NCBI GenBank assembly: GCA_039818205.1
Contig: JBCBUK010000016.1
Coordinates: 1-64,000 of the forward strand
Reading direction: 5' to 3'
DNA: 64,000 nucleotides
Source of the DNA: Verrucomicrobiota bacterium
GTDB taxonomy: Bacteria > Verrucomicrobiota > Verrucomicrobiia > Opitutales > Cerasicoccaceae
Part shown: piece after piece, positions 26,713 to 36,860 of the stretch
Position numbering within the stretch: position 1 is the first letter of the stretch
Layout: each line of letters begins with the position of its first letter
Program-made: the position numbers and the translations under genes
Notes under the pieces: model-generated
Told to the model about the DNA's origin: nothing
Seen by the model: the letters and a program-made list of their open reading frames with translations, nothing else
Database searches by the model: none

Positions 26713-28008
26713 ATGAATCGAAGACAGTTTATTTCGCGATCCACCCTAGCGACTGTTGGTGCACTCGCACCACAGATTATTCCGTCTCGCCTGCTCGGTG
26801 CTTCGGCGCCATCGAACGAGATCACCGCTGCCTTTATTGGAACCGGAGGTCACGGTACTGGACGCAACCTGACGTGCATGCTGGCATGCCCAAATGTTCG
26901 AGTCGTCGCGGTCTGCGATTGCAATCTAAGTAAAACCGAAGCCGCTAAGGCCAAGGTCAATGAAAAGTTCGGGAATCAAGATTGCGAAGTCTATCAAGAC
27001 TTTCGGGAAGTCCTCGCCCGACCCGATATTGATGTGGTTGTCATTTCGACTCCCGACCATTGGCATGTGCCAATGGCGCTGATGGCCCTGGAGGCGGGAA
27101 AAGACGTCTTCTGCGAGAAGCCAAGCCTGACCATCACTCAGGGGCGTGAGATCGTCGATATGGCCAAGAAAAAGGATCGCGTTTTCCAGTGGGGTATCGA
27201 AGACCGCAACCTAATCAAATATTGGATGCTGGGAGGTCTCGCCCGCACCGGTGCCGTGGGCGATGTTCACACGGTTCACTGCACCCTCCCGTTGAAGCCA
27301 CTTTATAAATATGAAGATCCGAGCGCGATTCCTGAAGGTCTCGATTGGAATCTATGGCTAGGCCCCGCCGAATTCGTCGAATATACGCCAAACATTTTGC
27401 ATCCCCAACGTTGGCGCCAGCGCTCAGACTACAGTGGCGGATCTTTGACCGACTGGGGCGCACACCTTTGTGACACAGCACAAGTTGCCATCAGCAGAGA
27501 CGAATCCGGACCGGTCGAAATTTCTGGTACCGCCAAAGACTTGGGACCCGATTCCTACGTGGACGTGCCCTACGGCTACCACGTTGATTACATCTACGAC
27601 AATGGTGCGAAGGTAATCGTCGACAATGGCCCGGTAAACATCCGCATTGAAGGTTCCAAAGGCTGGATGCAGTGCGAAGGCTGGAACGGTAACCTGACCG
27701 CCCATGACCGGGAGATCTTCCGGAACAAAGACTTTGCCAATGATAGCCGCTTCTGGCCACGGCCAAAGATCGAGCACCAGAACTTCATCGACGCGGTTGT
27801 CAGCCGCTCCGAACCAACTTATCATCCCGAGGCGGGTCACCGCCTTGCCTCCATGTTGCACTTGGGACACATCGCGATTCGCAACGGCAAAACAATCTAT
27901 TGGGACCCTGCCAAAGAAACCTTCACCAAGGACGCCGACGAGCTCACTGCAGATAAGGTCTATCAACGAGAATTACGTGATTGGGAAAACGCCAGCCTCA
28001 ACGGCTGA
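26713..28008 (+). CDS. Tat-exported Gfo/Idh/MocA oxidoreductase
   Basis: MNRRQF twin-Arg signal; STPDHWH, CEKP, DW.LWLGPA and DWGAH. Confidence 0.9.
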   Translation: MNRRQFISRSTLATVGALAPQIIPSRLLGASAPSNEITAAFIGTGGHGTGRNLTCMLACPNVRVVAVCDCNLSKTEAAKAKVNEKFGNQDCEVYQDFREVLARPDIDVVVISTPDHWHVPMALMALEAGKDVFCEKPSLTITQGREIVDMAKKKDRVFQWGIEDRNLIKYWMLGGLARTGAVGDVHTVHCTLPLKPLYKYEDPSAIPEGLDWNLWLGPAEFVEYTPNILHPQRWRQRSDYSGGSLTDWGAHLCDTAQVAISRDESGPVEISGTAKDLGPDSYVDVPYGYHVDYIYDNGAKVIVDNGPVNIRIEGSKGWMQCEGWNGNLTAHDREIFRNKDFANDSRFWPRPKIEHQNFIDAVVSRSEPTYHPEAGHRLASMLHLGHIAIRNGKTIYWDPAKETFTKDADELTADKVYQRELRDWENASLNG

Positions 28009-28084
28009 CAAGGTCGAACAGAGTTGTCGAATCCCGACTGCGTGTCGGTTTGACAAGCGGTAGGGTTTCGGCAAAAAATACCTC

Positions 28085-29071
28085 ATGCAAAAGTTGCGCT
28101 GGGGAATTTTAGGAGCTGGATGGATCGCCCGTAAATTTGTCCACAGTTTGCGGGCTACCGAAAGCTCAGAAATCATCGCTGTGGCCAGCGAAACCGAAGG
28201 CAAAGCGCAAGCCTTTGCCGATGAGCTGGCGATTCCCCATGCCTACAGCAGCTACGAGGCGCTCCTTAGCAACCCGGATGTGGATGTCGTCTACATCGCC
28301 AACATCCACAATTTCCACCTCAAGACCGCCCTCCTCGCGCTCGAGGCTGAAAAGCACGTGCTTTGTGAAAAGCCCCTAGCAATCAATGCAGCGCAGGGGC
28401 TAGAGATGGTCCTGAAAGCTCGGGCAAAAAAGCGCTTTCTCATGGAAGCGATGTGGACTCGCTTCCTGCCCGCAGTGGTTCAATTGCGGGATTGGATTCA
28501 CGAAGGTCGAATTGGTGAGGTAGAAACCATCGACGCAAGCTTTGGCTTCGTCGCTGACCTTCCGCTAACAGGTCGCTTACTAAATCCAGCGCTCGCTGGT
28601 GGAGCGTTGCTCGACCTCGGCATTTACCCGCTCTCCTTCGCCAGCATGGCGGTCAATGGGCAGAAACCGATTGCTCTGGCAACCGAGGTCGTAATCGGTG
28701 AAACGGGGGTCGATGTCGACAGCGTGCAACTCTTTCGCTACCCGAAAAATCGAACGGCAATTCTGCGGTGCAGCTTTATCAAACGGACGCCCAATACCGC
28801 ATCGATAACGGGATCCCTCGGGTCGATCCAGCTTAGCCCTACATTTATCGGAACCGACACCGTGACCTTGGAAACCGATGAGGAAACCCTTGTCCGCCGG
28901 TTCCCATGCCCCGAAAACGAAGGCTTCAAATACGAGATTGAACACGTGGTAAACTGTATCCACGAAGGCAAACTAGAATCACCGGTGATGCCGCTCAAAG
29001 AAACGTTGGCGATCGCGGAAACCATGGACGAGCTCCGCGTTAATTGGGGTCTTTCTTACCCCGACGAGTAG
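28085..29071 (+). CDS. Gfo/Idh/MocA oxidoreductase
   Basis: WGILGAG.IA, KHVLCEKP, EAMWTRF.P and GGALLDLGIYP. Confidence 0.92.
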   Translation: MQKLRWGILGAGWIARKFVHSLRATESSEIIAVASETEGKAQAFADELAIPHAYSSYEALLSNPDVDVVYIANIHNFHLKTALLALEAEKHVLCEKPLAINAAQGLEMVLKARAKKRFLMEAMWTRFLPAVVQLRDWIHEGRIGEVETIDASFGFVADLPLTGRLLNPALAGGALLDLGIYPLSFASMAVNGQKPIALATEVVIGETGVDVDSVQLFRYPKNRTAILRCSFIKRTPNTASITGSLGSIQLSPTFIGTDTVTLETDEETLVRRFPCPENEGFKYEIEHVVNCIHEGKLESPVMPLKETLAIAETMDELRVNWGLSYPDE

Positions 29072-29327
29072 ATTGCGCGTCTCGCGAGCACCTTGAACTG
29101 GAATCACTTCAATTCGAATCGGCGCTGAATGATAGTTCGATCGCACAAGGCCTCGCCGGCCTAATCGTGGATTTCCGGAGCACATAACGGAAATTTCAGA
29201 TAATCAGGCTCTTAGCAGAATTTCCAAGTCGCGAAATGGAAAATCAAAAGCACTAAACTGGGATTGTTCAGATAAGATACATACCCTAAACTAGGGCGGT
29301 GAGACTAAATCTAAAAGTCCTTACCTA

Positions 29328-30131
29328 ATGCTTAATCTGCCAGTCATGTTCCGGATCAAACGAATGTGGGGAGCTATGTGCATTCTCACCTTGTTTACCA
29401 CGTGTGTCCCCGCCGAGCCAGTCACTGACTGGGTGGTGACCAATGGTTCCAAGAACGCGCTCAATGCAAACTCCTCCAACCCAATCTTTACGGGGAGCAA
29501 CATTTCCGTCATGGGAAACTGGGGTTACCCGGTTGCTCTCAATGATGGTGAGGCAATCTCGTTCACCGGGTCGCTTCTGCTAACCCAGGGAGCCTTTTAC
29601 GACGTTCAAGTTCGGATTGGCTTGTTCAATGGTCCTCAACCGGCCCGAACGGGTGTCGGTTCGGGATACGAAGGCATTTTCACGGCAATTAAAAGCAATG
29701 CGAATTCACGAAATGCCTTTACGGTCGGAAAACCGGACCCGTTCGCCTACGATGCAAGCTTGGATATTGGTAAGAACATCCTAAGTACGCCCTTAGGCCC
29801 AGCACCCGCCAAAATTCCGCTTGATTTCGAACTCAAACTGACCCGGAACGGATCGAATTGGGATTTCTTCGCCTCGTTCGATAATCGGGCCCACGGCGGA
29901 GATTTCTTTTCATCCGGCGAGAGAAATGGAGTACGTATCGCTCAGTTCGACGCCAGTGTTGAATCGTTCAACAGCGCAGGTGTTCTTTTCGGTTCAGGCC
30001 TCCCCGACGCTCAAGTACAAATCATAAACGCAAATATTGCGCGGATTCCCGAGCCCCAACACCTTTCAGTGATTGCGGGGCTTGCTGTCTTAGCGGGCTT
30101 GGCCTCTCGCTCACGCAGACTGGTGAGCTGA
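29328..30131 (+). CDS. PEP-CTERM-sorted surface protein
   Basis: C-terminal IPEP, hydrophobic helix and RSRR; N-terminal signal. Confidence 0.75.
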   Translation: MLNLPVMFRIKRMWGAMCILTLFTTCVPAEPVTDWVVTNGSKNALNANSSNPIFTGSNISVMGNWGYPVALNDGEAISFTGSLLLTQGAFYDVQVRIGLFNGPQPARTGVGSGYEGIFTAIKSNANSRNAFTVGKPDPFAYDASLDIGKNILSTPLGPAPAKIPLDFELKLTRNGSNWDFFASFDNRAHGGDFFSSGERNGVRIAQFDASVESFNSAGVLFGSGLPDAQVQIINANIARIPEPQHLSVIAGLAVLAGLASRSRRLVS

Positions 30132-30269
30132 TCGCGACCATTTCATTGGGCAGAACTCTCGGCCCACTTTTCCGAAACTGGCCCGCAGGCAACTTCATGC
30201 TGGCGTGGTTCATTTTTTGACGTTTTTCGATTGCATTTCGGGGCGTTGCATCACGATATCATAGCCAAT

Positions 30270-31007
30270 ATGCGACCGCACCCAACATTGGACCCGCACT
30301 ACGAGAGTCTAGACCACAAGCAACCATTCCTCCGTAAAGTTTTCGATGAAGCGGCGCCCCACTATGAGGGCATCGCCAAGTGGGGCTGGTTCGGTACGGG
30401 ACACAGCTACCGCGTGCGGACGCTGAAGCATTACGGGCTAGAACCCAAAATGAAAGTTCTGGATGTGGCAGCCGGAACGGGTCCAACGGCACGTGCCGTT
30501 CGCGACGTTATCGGAGCCGAGAATGAAGGCGACATCACCTGCCTTGAGCCCAGTGCCGGCATGATCGCTGAGTCAAAAAAGTTGCTCAACTGCGAACATA
30601 TCCAAGCTGGAGCCGATAGCATGCCGGTTCCCGATTCCCACTACGATTATCTGACGATGGGATTCGCTTTGCGGCATGTTGATGACCTTGAGCAGTCCTT
30701 TTCCGAGTTCTTTCGATGCCTCAAGCCTGGTGGCAGGGTTCTGATTATGGACGTAACCATGCCGCCGAGCAAGGTCGGACAGTTCTTCTTCAAACTGTAT
30801 TTCAAGAACATCTTACCGTTCCTCACCAAAGTGTTCACTGGCAGCGAGTCCGCGCGCTATCTGATGGCTTATTACTGGAAAACGATGGACCAAATGGTGG
30901 CCGAAGAAGAAGTCATTGCCGCCCTCAAAAAGGCTGGATTTCCCGAGCCCAAACGCCGATTACTACTCGGTTGCTTCAGCGAATACTACGCAGAGAAGAA
31001 ATCATAG
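30270..31007 (+). CDS. Class I SAM methyltransferase (UbiE-like)
   Basis: VLDVAAGTG, GFALRHV and LKPGG. Confidence 0.88.
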   Translation: MRPHPTLDPHYESLDHKQPFLRKVFDEAAPHYEGIAKWGWFGTGHSYRVRTLKHYGLEPKMKVLDVAAGTGPTARAVRDVIGAENEGDITCLEPSAGMIAESKKLLNCEHIQAGADSMPVPDSHYDYLTMGFALRHVDDLEQSFSEFFRCLKPGGRVLIMDVTMPPSKVGQFFFKLYFKNILPFLTKVFTGSESARYLMAYYWKTMDQMVAEEEVIAALKKAGFPEPKRRLLLGCFSEYYAEKKS

Positions 31008-31034
31008 AATTTCCAACTACGACACCACGCAAAC

Positions 31035-31451
31035 ATGAAACAATTACTCGCTATTTCATTGCTCAGCCTGTTCGGGCTTTTCGTAATTTCCGGTTGCAAC
31101 ACCCTCCGTGGCTCCGATGCCGCCAAGGATTATAATGAAGACCCGTTGACCGTTAGTGTCGCTTCTGGCATGCCAACGGCCGAGGTCACCACATTAATGA
31201 ACCAAGTCTTTCAGGGCCGGGACTGGACGGTTATTTCGAGTGAGCCAGGCCGCGTTGTGGCCGAGCTGAATCACCGCGGGTTCAAGGCACAAGCCACCAT
31301 GGTTCAAACTGGTGATAAGATCCAGATTCTCTCCAACTCCGAATACCTCTCGCCTAAATCAGGGGAGTATTCAGCAGCCGTACCCTACGGATGGTTGGAG
31401 AACCTCCAGAAAGACTTGAACCGCATGATGGCCCGCTCGGTCTACAATTGA
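31035..31451 (+). CDS. Lipoprotein of aryl-polyene-type cluster
   Basis: Lipobox ISGC; R.W...W..NL motif. Confidence 0.65.
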   Translation: MKQLLAISLLSLFGLFVISGCNTLRGSDAAKDYNEDPLTVSVASGMPTAEVTTLMNQVFQGRDWTVISSEPGRVVAELNHRGFKAQATMVQTGDKIQILSNSEYLSPKSGEYSAAVPYGWLENLQKDLNRMMARSVYN

Positions 31452-32356
31452 GCCCATTGCCTCCCATAAGGGTCAGGTTCGGCGCGGATCGGTCATTGCT
31501 CAACGCCTCTGAAGGCCTCATTTCGCTGGCCGTGCCGTTGCTGAGAGGCAATGCCGATGAGGTTGTCCAAAAAGATGTGAGTGAGCTCGCTACGCTATCA
31601 CCGAGCTGCCTACATGCATTGGGCCCTGCTGGGGAATGCGTCGCGATCTCAGTCCCGGTCGACCAGTCTCTGGCTGCGACGACCACCGAGCTATACCGGC
31701 AGTTGTTTCACGAGCTGGACGATGCCCGGCTGCTTCGGGTATGGAGTTTTATTCCAGAAATCAATACCTGCACTGACGGCCTTGAGAACTACCAAGCCTT
31801 TTGTGTTGGCCGCCACGAGGCATTCGAAACCCAGTATGGAGATAGCGCGAAGGAGGCCTACAGCGCTGCGTCCGCCGTGGGCGTAGATGATGACCGGCTG
31901 ACGGTGATCGCCATGGCGACTCGGCAGGTCGTTTCGCACGGAGAGAATCCACTCCAACAACCCGCTTATGAATATCCGCGACAGTATGGACCGCGGCCGC
32001 CAAGTTTCAAACGGGCCAGTTGGACACTCGACAACGAGCCGGCGTTCTACATTTCCGGCACTGCCTCAATCCGTGGATCGGATAGTATTGCTCCCAGTGA
32101 CTTAGGGCAGCAGCTTGTGGTAACTGAGGAGAACCTCCGGCTCGTCCTTGAGAATAGCCGCATGGAACCAGCGCAACTGTCTCAGGGGGTCTGCCGAGCC
32201 TACGTGCGGCACGCCCAAGACGCATCGGCGGTGGAGTCCTGGATACGGGCCCAATCGTGGCCAGGGGTTTCGGATTACTCGATCCTACGCAGCGACATAT
32301 GTCGATCCGAGCTCTTGGTTGAAGTCGAATTATCATGGCCTGCGCTGCTTGATTAA
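31448..32356 (+). CDS. FkbO/Hyg5 (XanB2-like) chorismatase
   Basis: LLRVW.FIP.IN, Y..FC.GR, AASAVG, ENP.Q.PAY.YP.QYGPR.PSF.RA, ISGTASI.G and DICR.ELLVEVE. Start approximate. Confidence 0.85.
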   Translation: MSPLPPIRVRFGADRSLLNASEGLISLAVPLLRGNADEVVQKDVSELATLSPSCLHALGPAGECVAISVPVDQSLAATTTELYRQLFHELDDARLLRVWSFIPEINTCTDGLENYQAFCVGRHEAFETQYGDSAKEAYSAASAVGVDDDRLTVIAMATRQVVSHGENPLQQPAYEYPRQYGPRPPSFKRASWTLDNEPAFYISGTASIRGSDSIAPSDLGQQLVVTEENLRLVLENSRMEPAQLSQGVCRAYVRHAQDASAVESWIRAQSWPGVSDYSILRSDICRSELLVEVELSWPALLD

Positions 32357-32374
32357 ACGGACAAAGCCTGCATA

Positions 32375-33634
32375 GTGGTTCTAATGGCTTCGAAGAGCTA
32401 CGACTGCGTAATTGCCGGAGGCGGTCCGGCCGGAACAGCGACTGGAATCCGGTTAGCTGAAGCTGGCATGTCGGTGCTCATTGTGGAAAAGAAGCCGTTT
32501 CCACGATTTCATATCGGAGAATCACTGATACCTGCGGCCAACCGGATGTTAAAGAATCTGGGTGTCTGGGATCAGATCGAGTCGGGAGGCTTTGTTCGCA
32601 AATACGGGGCCGAGTTTTGCTATGGTGACGGCACTGAAACCGTCCACAACGTATTTGCTGACGGCCTCGTTCCCGGCTATGAATATACCTATCAGGTCGA
32701 GCGTTCCCGCTTTGACAAAATCCTATTGGACCGGGCCTCCTCGGTCGGTTGTGAGGTATTGCAGCCCGTCGAAATTAAATCGATTGATCAATTAGACGAC
32801 CGCTGGGAGCTAGATATCCAAAGCCAATCATCTTCAGATCATCGTATATCTGCGAACTGGTTCTTGGACGCAACGGGTCGTTCCTGTTTGCTTGGTAAGG
32901 AGCTAACGCTCAAAAGGCGGGATTTTGACCTGCCAAAACGCTTTGCTGTTTTCAATCACTTCTTCGGAGTCAACCGTCATCCGGGAAGCCAGGCTGGTAA
33001 TATTATTATTGTGCGAGTCGCTCACGGCTGGTTCTGGTCGATCCCCCTCGATGAAGAGAGAACTTCAGTTGGGCTCGTAACCACCCGCAACGAGTTTCGC
33101 GATCGTCCAGAGGCCGTTTTTAGAGACGCTGTGGAGAACAATCCGTTTATGCGGGGATGGATGAAAAATGCGGAAGCGATCGATGATTTCCGATGCGAAG
33201 TCGATTACTCCTACTATCGCGAACAAAGTGCCGGCAAAAACTGGATGCTTTTAGGCGATGCCGCAGGGTTTATTGATCCCGTTTTCTCATCGGGGGTCTA
33301 TCTTGCGCTGGAGTCAGCGAGTGTTGCGTCCGAGCTGCTTACCGGCTCGGCACAAGCTCGTGGATCCTTAAGCCTCAAGGAGCAGCGACAATACCATGAG
33401 CAGATGCAGAGTCACCTGAACAACATGCTCGAATTGGTAACGCTTTTCTATGACGACCGAGCATTTGCGGTCTTCATGAAACCAAAAAATGTTTTTCAGC
33501 TGTTTGCAGCGGTGAACTCTGTGATCGCTGGGCATACGGAAAACGACCGTGCGGTACGCTGGCGTTTCGCTCTGTTCCGCGCCATCTGCCGACTCAACCG
33601 CCGAGTCAATCTAGTTCCATCTGTTTCGCTATAA
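32375..33634 (+). CDS. FAD-dependent halogenase-family oxidoreductase
   Basis: GGGPAG, FPRFHIGES, K.G, WFWSIP (WxWxIP) and GDAAGFIDPVFSSGV. Confidence 0.85.
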   Translation: MVLMASKSYDCVIAGGGPAGTATGIRLAEAGMSVLIVEKKPFPRFHIGESLIPAANRMLKNLGVWDQIESGGFVRKYGAEFCYGDGTETVHNVFADGLVPGYEYTYQVERSRFDKILLDRASSVGCEVLQPVEIKSIDQLDDRWELDIQSQSSSDHRISANWFLDATGRSCLLGKELTLKRRDFDLPKRFAVFNHFFGVNRHPGSQAGNIIIVRVAHGWFWSIPLDEERTSVGLVTTRNEFRDRPEAVFRDAVENNPFMRGWMKNAEAIDDFRCEVDYSYYREQSAGKNWMLLGDAAGFIDPVFSSGVYLALESASVASELLTGSAQARGSLSLKEQRQYHEQMQSHLNNMLELVTLFYDDRAFAVFMKPKNVFQLFAAVNSVIAGHTENDRAVRWRFALFRAICRLNRRVNLVPSVSL

Positions 33635-33738
33635 ACGGCTTCTGGAACTTGAGCAGCAACCTTGTTTGCTCTCGATCGCTGGTTCGTTGACTCTTGTCTT
33701 GCGGAATATCTTCGCAATTGTTTGGCTCATTATTTGAT

Positions 33739-34131
33739 ATGAAACCACGCGATTCGCATCCGCTGGCTAGTGAATTGAGCCTTTCTCCTGAAGAAGAGGC
33801 TCAGCTAGCGCATCGTGTACGGCATTATCCAGAGAGTTTCCAGCGGGCCTATATTGCTTATTTTGCCACTCAGGATCGAGTCCACCTCGGTCGATTGGCT
33901 GCCGGCATCCTCGAATTTCACGCGGACAATATCAGTTCTGAAGAGATTGAAGCTATCGGCGGTGATTTTAACCTCCGAACGGATGTTACGATGGATTCCA
34001 TCACCCTCGCGGAGATTGCGTTTGAGATCGAGGAATTGTTTGATACTCCCATGACAAACCATACGCTTGGCTCCCTTAAGACTCTTAACGACCTGGCGAA
34101 CTTTATCGAACAGAAGCGTGTCAAAGAGTGA
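33739..34131 (+). CDS. Acyl carrier protein-like with N-terminal extension
   Basis: D..MDSITLAEI...IEE.F phosphopantetheine motif in the C-terminal half. Confidence 0.65.
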   Translation: MKPRDSHPLASELSLSPEEEAQLAHRVRHYPESFQRAYIAYFATQDRVHLGRLAAGILEFHADNISSEEIEAIGGDFNLRTDVTMDSITLAEIAFEIEELFDTPMTNHTLGSLKTLNDLANFIEQKRVKE

Positions 34132-34774
34132 TCGGCCCAAGTCAAGCCCCTGGAGCCATTGGCTCATTTGGACGCTCCTCCTGGCCGGATTGGCCATAGT
34201 CTTTTGGCGCTTAGCCCTGAGCGGATACGACTGGCGAGATCTTTTGGAATCCGATAGTCCTTACCGGCCGCTAATCTTCGTCAGCTTGATGACCCTGATG
34301 CCCGTAGTCGGTTTTCCAATATCAGCGTTCTATATCTTTGCTGGAATCGGATTTGAACCGGTTACTGCGATCTCATTGGGCCTACTCAGCCTCTCGCTTA
34401 ACATGTCACTGAGCTATTTGCTTGCGCGTACAATTTGGCGTGAACCCATGCGAAAGAAATTTGCCGAACGTTGGCCCAAAGCCTTTACTCTGGACGAAAC
34501 ATCTGCTTCGCAAATTACGATTCTAATCCGGGCCATTCCGGGTATCCCCTTCTGGACCCAAAACTACATTCTCGGAGTCCTGGCAGTACCGTTTATCAAT
34601 TATCTATCCCTTTCATTGCTAATTCAGGGATGCTTCTTGACGGGAGTGGTGCTGACCACCCGTGGAGCAATGAATCAGGACGGCCAAATGGCCCTTTGGG
34701 GTGGTCTCTCGGTTGCTCTGGTTCTCATTGGCTTACGCATGGTTTTAAAGCGCCGAAAAGGCCTGAGGTCTTGA
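34118..34774 (+). CDS. TVP38/VTT (DedA-superfamily) membrane protein
   Basis: P..G.P......AG..F and IR.IPG.PF..QNY.LG. Confidence 0.75.
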   Translation: MSKSDRPKSSPWSHWLIWTLLLAGLAIVFWRLALSGYDWRDLLESDSPYRPLIFVSLMTLMPVVGFPISAFYIFAGIGFEPVTAISLGLLSLSLNMSLSYLLARTIWREPMRKKFAERWPKAFTLDETSASQITILIRAIPGIPFWTQNYILGVLAVPFINYLSLSLLIQGCFLTGVVLTTRGAMNQDGQMALWGGLSVALVLIGLRMVLKRRKGLRS

Positions 34775-34813
34775 CTTCGCAAAGGCCCTCGACACCTTCA
34801 CCGATAATTGAAC

Positions 34814-35080
34814 ATGAGTGATGAACTTAAACTCCGCCTGAAAGAGCTGATTATTGAAGCGCTCAACTTGGAAGATGTCCAAACCGATGACTTCGAGGAT
34901 GATGCGCCACTAATGGATGCACAACTCGGCCTCGATTCGATCGATGCACTCGAGTTGGTGGTCCGCGTGGAAAAGGAGTTCAGTATCAAGATCAAGAATA
35001 GCGAAGAAGCCCGTGATGCCCTTGGAAGTATCGACAAGCTCGCTGGCTTCATTCGGGCTCGTCAACAGGCAGGTGCCTAA
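34814..35080 (+). CDS. Acyl carrier protein
   Basis: LK.LIIE.LNLED and LGLDSIDALEL. Confidence 0.93.
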   Translation: MSDELKLRLKELIIEALNLEDVQTDDFEDDAPLMDAQLGLDSIDALELVVRVEKEFSIKIKNSEEARDALGSIDKLAGFIRARQQAGA

Positions 35081-35119
35081 CAACGACCAACAGAATTCGC
35101 ACGCCCAACGACCGAGTGA

Positions 35120-36205
35120 ATGCCAATCTATCTCCACGATTGTGAATGCCTCACGGCCCTTGGAAAAACCCAATCAACCTGGAGTAGATTAATCAACGGC
35201 GAGGTTGGGCTAAAGCCCGTTCCTCCCCTTGCGGATTCGACAGAAACCGTTCCCCTCGCCCTTACTGGTGACCTCGACGATCTAAATCCACCGCGGTGGA
35301 TCGATCCAGTGTGCGAGCTTATTCAATCGATTACCCAATATCCATGGGGTGATGCTCGGCATCCAATCGTGATCACCAGCAGCAATTTTGGCATCGACCA
35401 GATGTTGGCGGCCTTTCAAACCCAAAACACTGCCTACCATGGACAGGCAACCGTGACGAAGGCGGTCGGAACCATTGCTAACCGATTAGGCTGGGGAAGC
35501 AACCGGTTAATCATTTCCAACGCCTGTGTCTCGGCGCAACTCGGCATGATTCAAGCCGCCCGTTTGCTTGAGCAGAGGCTGGCGGATCGAGTCCTCGTCT
35601 TTTCATTCGACTACCTAAGCCGGTTTGTGGTGGGTGGGTTCCACGCCCTCAAGATCCTTAACGAGGACTTTCCACAGCCCTATTCAGAGCGGAAGTCGGG
35701 AGCAATTGGCTTGGGCGACGGTGCAGCATTCGCCGTCTTTAGCAACCAACCGTCACCGTTTTGCATCGAAGACGCAGCTACCCATTCAGAGTTCAAACAC
35801 ATGACCGGCAATGATCCGTCAGGAGCAGGATTTGATAGCGTTTTGGCTCCGATGACGACGATTGCCAAAGACAGGAATTTTTGGGTAAAAGGCCATGGTA
35901 CCGGCACTCTGGAAACGGGACGTCTCGAAGCAGAGTCCGTTGAGCGAAATTTTCCGAATGCCCCCTTGGTCTCCTGGAAAGGTTCCATCGGGCATACGCT
36001 AGGATCCTGTGGACTGGTCGAACTAGCAATTACCAAAGCAGCATTCCACCATGGCCTCGCTCCTGGGAATGTCGCAGCTCCTGCACCGCATTGTGTGGGA
36101 CAAGTTCATTCGGGCAACCTTGACCTCAACCGATTCGACGGAGTAATCCTTCTGAGCAGCGCCTTTGGTGGTGCCCACGCCGCCCATCTCATGACCCATG
36201 CTTAA
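35120..36205 (+). CDS. Beta-ketoacyl-ACP synthase
   Basis: SNACVS (Cys), GHGTGT, KGSIGHTLG and SAFGG. Confidence 0.88.
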   Translation: MPIYLHDCECLTALGKTQSTWSRLINGEVGLKPVPPLADSTETVPLALTGDLDDLNPPRWIDPVCELIQSITQYPWGDARHPIVITSSNFGIDQMLAAFQTQNTAYHGQATVTKAVGTIANRLGWGSNRLIISNACVSAQLGMIQAARLLEQRLADRVLVFSFDYLSRFVVGGFHALKILNEDFPQPYSERKSGAIGLGDGAAFAVFSNQPSPFCIEDAATHSEFKHMTGNDPSGAGFDSVLAPMTTIAKDRNFWVKGHGTGTLETGRLEAESVERNFPNAPLVSWKGSIGHTLGSCGLVELAITKAAFHHGLAPGNVAAPAPHCVGQVHSGNLDLNRFDGVILLSSAFGGAHAAHLMTHA

Positions 36206-36860
36206 ACGCTACATCACAAAGGCGGCAGGTGCCGTTCCGCAGCGAGAACTCGCACCCGAGCAACGAAAGTCACTGCGAAAGCAATTCAATCCACTGGCAG
36301 CTCGTCGGCTGACGGATCTGCCATTGCTCCTGGGAGACATTTGCAAGGATGCCGAACCCAATCTGGATGACGAATGGGTGTTTGCCTCGGCCTTCGGCGG
36401 CGCGCTTAGCCTTGAGCGCTATCTTGAGAGCTTTCCAACCCCCAGTCCGCTGCATTTCCAGAACTCAATTCAACCAGGACCATTGGATTTGGTGAATGTG
36501 GCCCGCGGCAAGCCGGCTCGATTATTGATGCCGGTTGTCGGTGATACCGAGCTTTTTGCTGATGCCCTTTTCGCCGCAATGATCTCGCCCAACCAAGTCG
36601 TGCACACCGTTGGAGGCGAAGAATACAGCCCTTGGACGGCATCCCACGAGTTAGGTGCCGAACACACCTTTGCCTGGTATTTAAAACTCGTTCAGTCCAC
36701 CGAGGCAGCCGCCGGAGAGATCACCTTCACGCCCAATCCATCCGCCAAGAAAAGTGAATCAATCCCGCTATCCGAGTCAGTACCCGAGCTCATCAACTCA
36801 GGTCGGGAATTAGAATTTTCTCAAGCTGGTCGAGGGTATTTTCGCATAGTATGGAATTGA
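36198..36860 (+). CDS. Ketosynthase chain-length-factor-like protein
   Basis: RRL, FAS..G and PSP..FQNS; overlaps the KS stop. Confidence 0.7.
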   Translation: MLKRYITKAAGAVPQRELAPEQRKSLRKQFNPLAARRLTDLPLLLGDICKDAEPNLDDEWVFASAFGGALSLERYLESFPTPSPLHFQNSIQPGPLDLVNVARGKPARLLMPVVGDTELFADALFAAMISPNQVVHTVGGEEYSPWTASHELGAEHTFAWYLKLVQSTEAAAGEITFTPNPSAKKSESIPLSESVPELINSGRELEFSQAGRGYFRIVWN

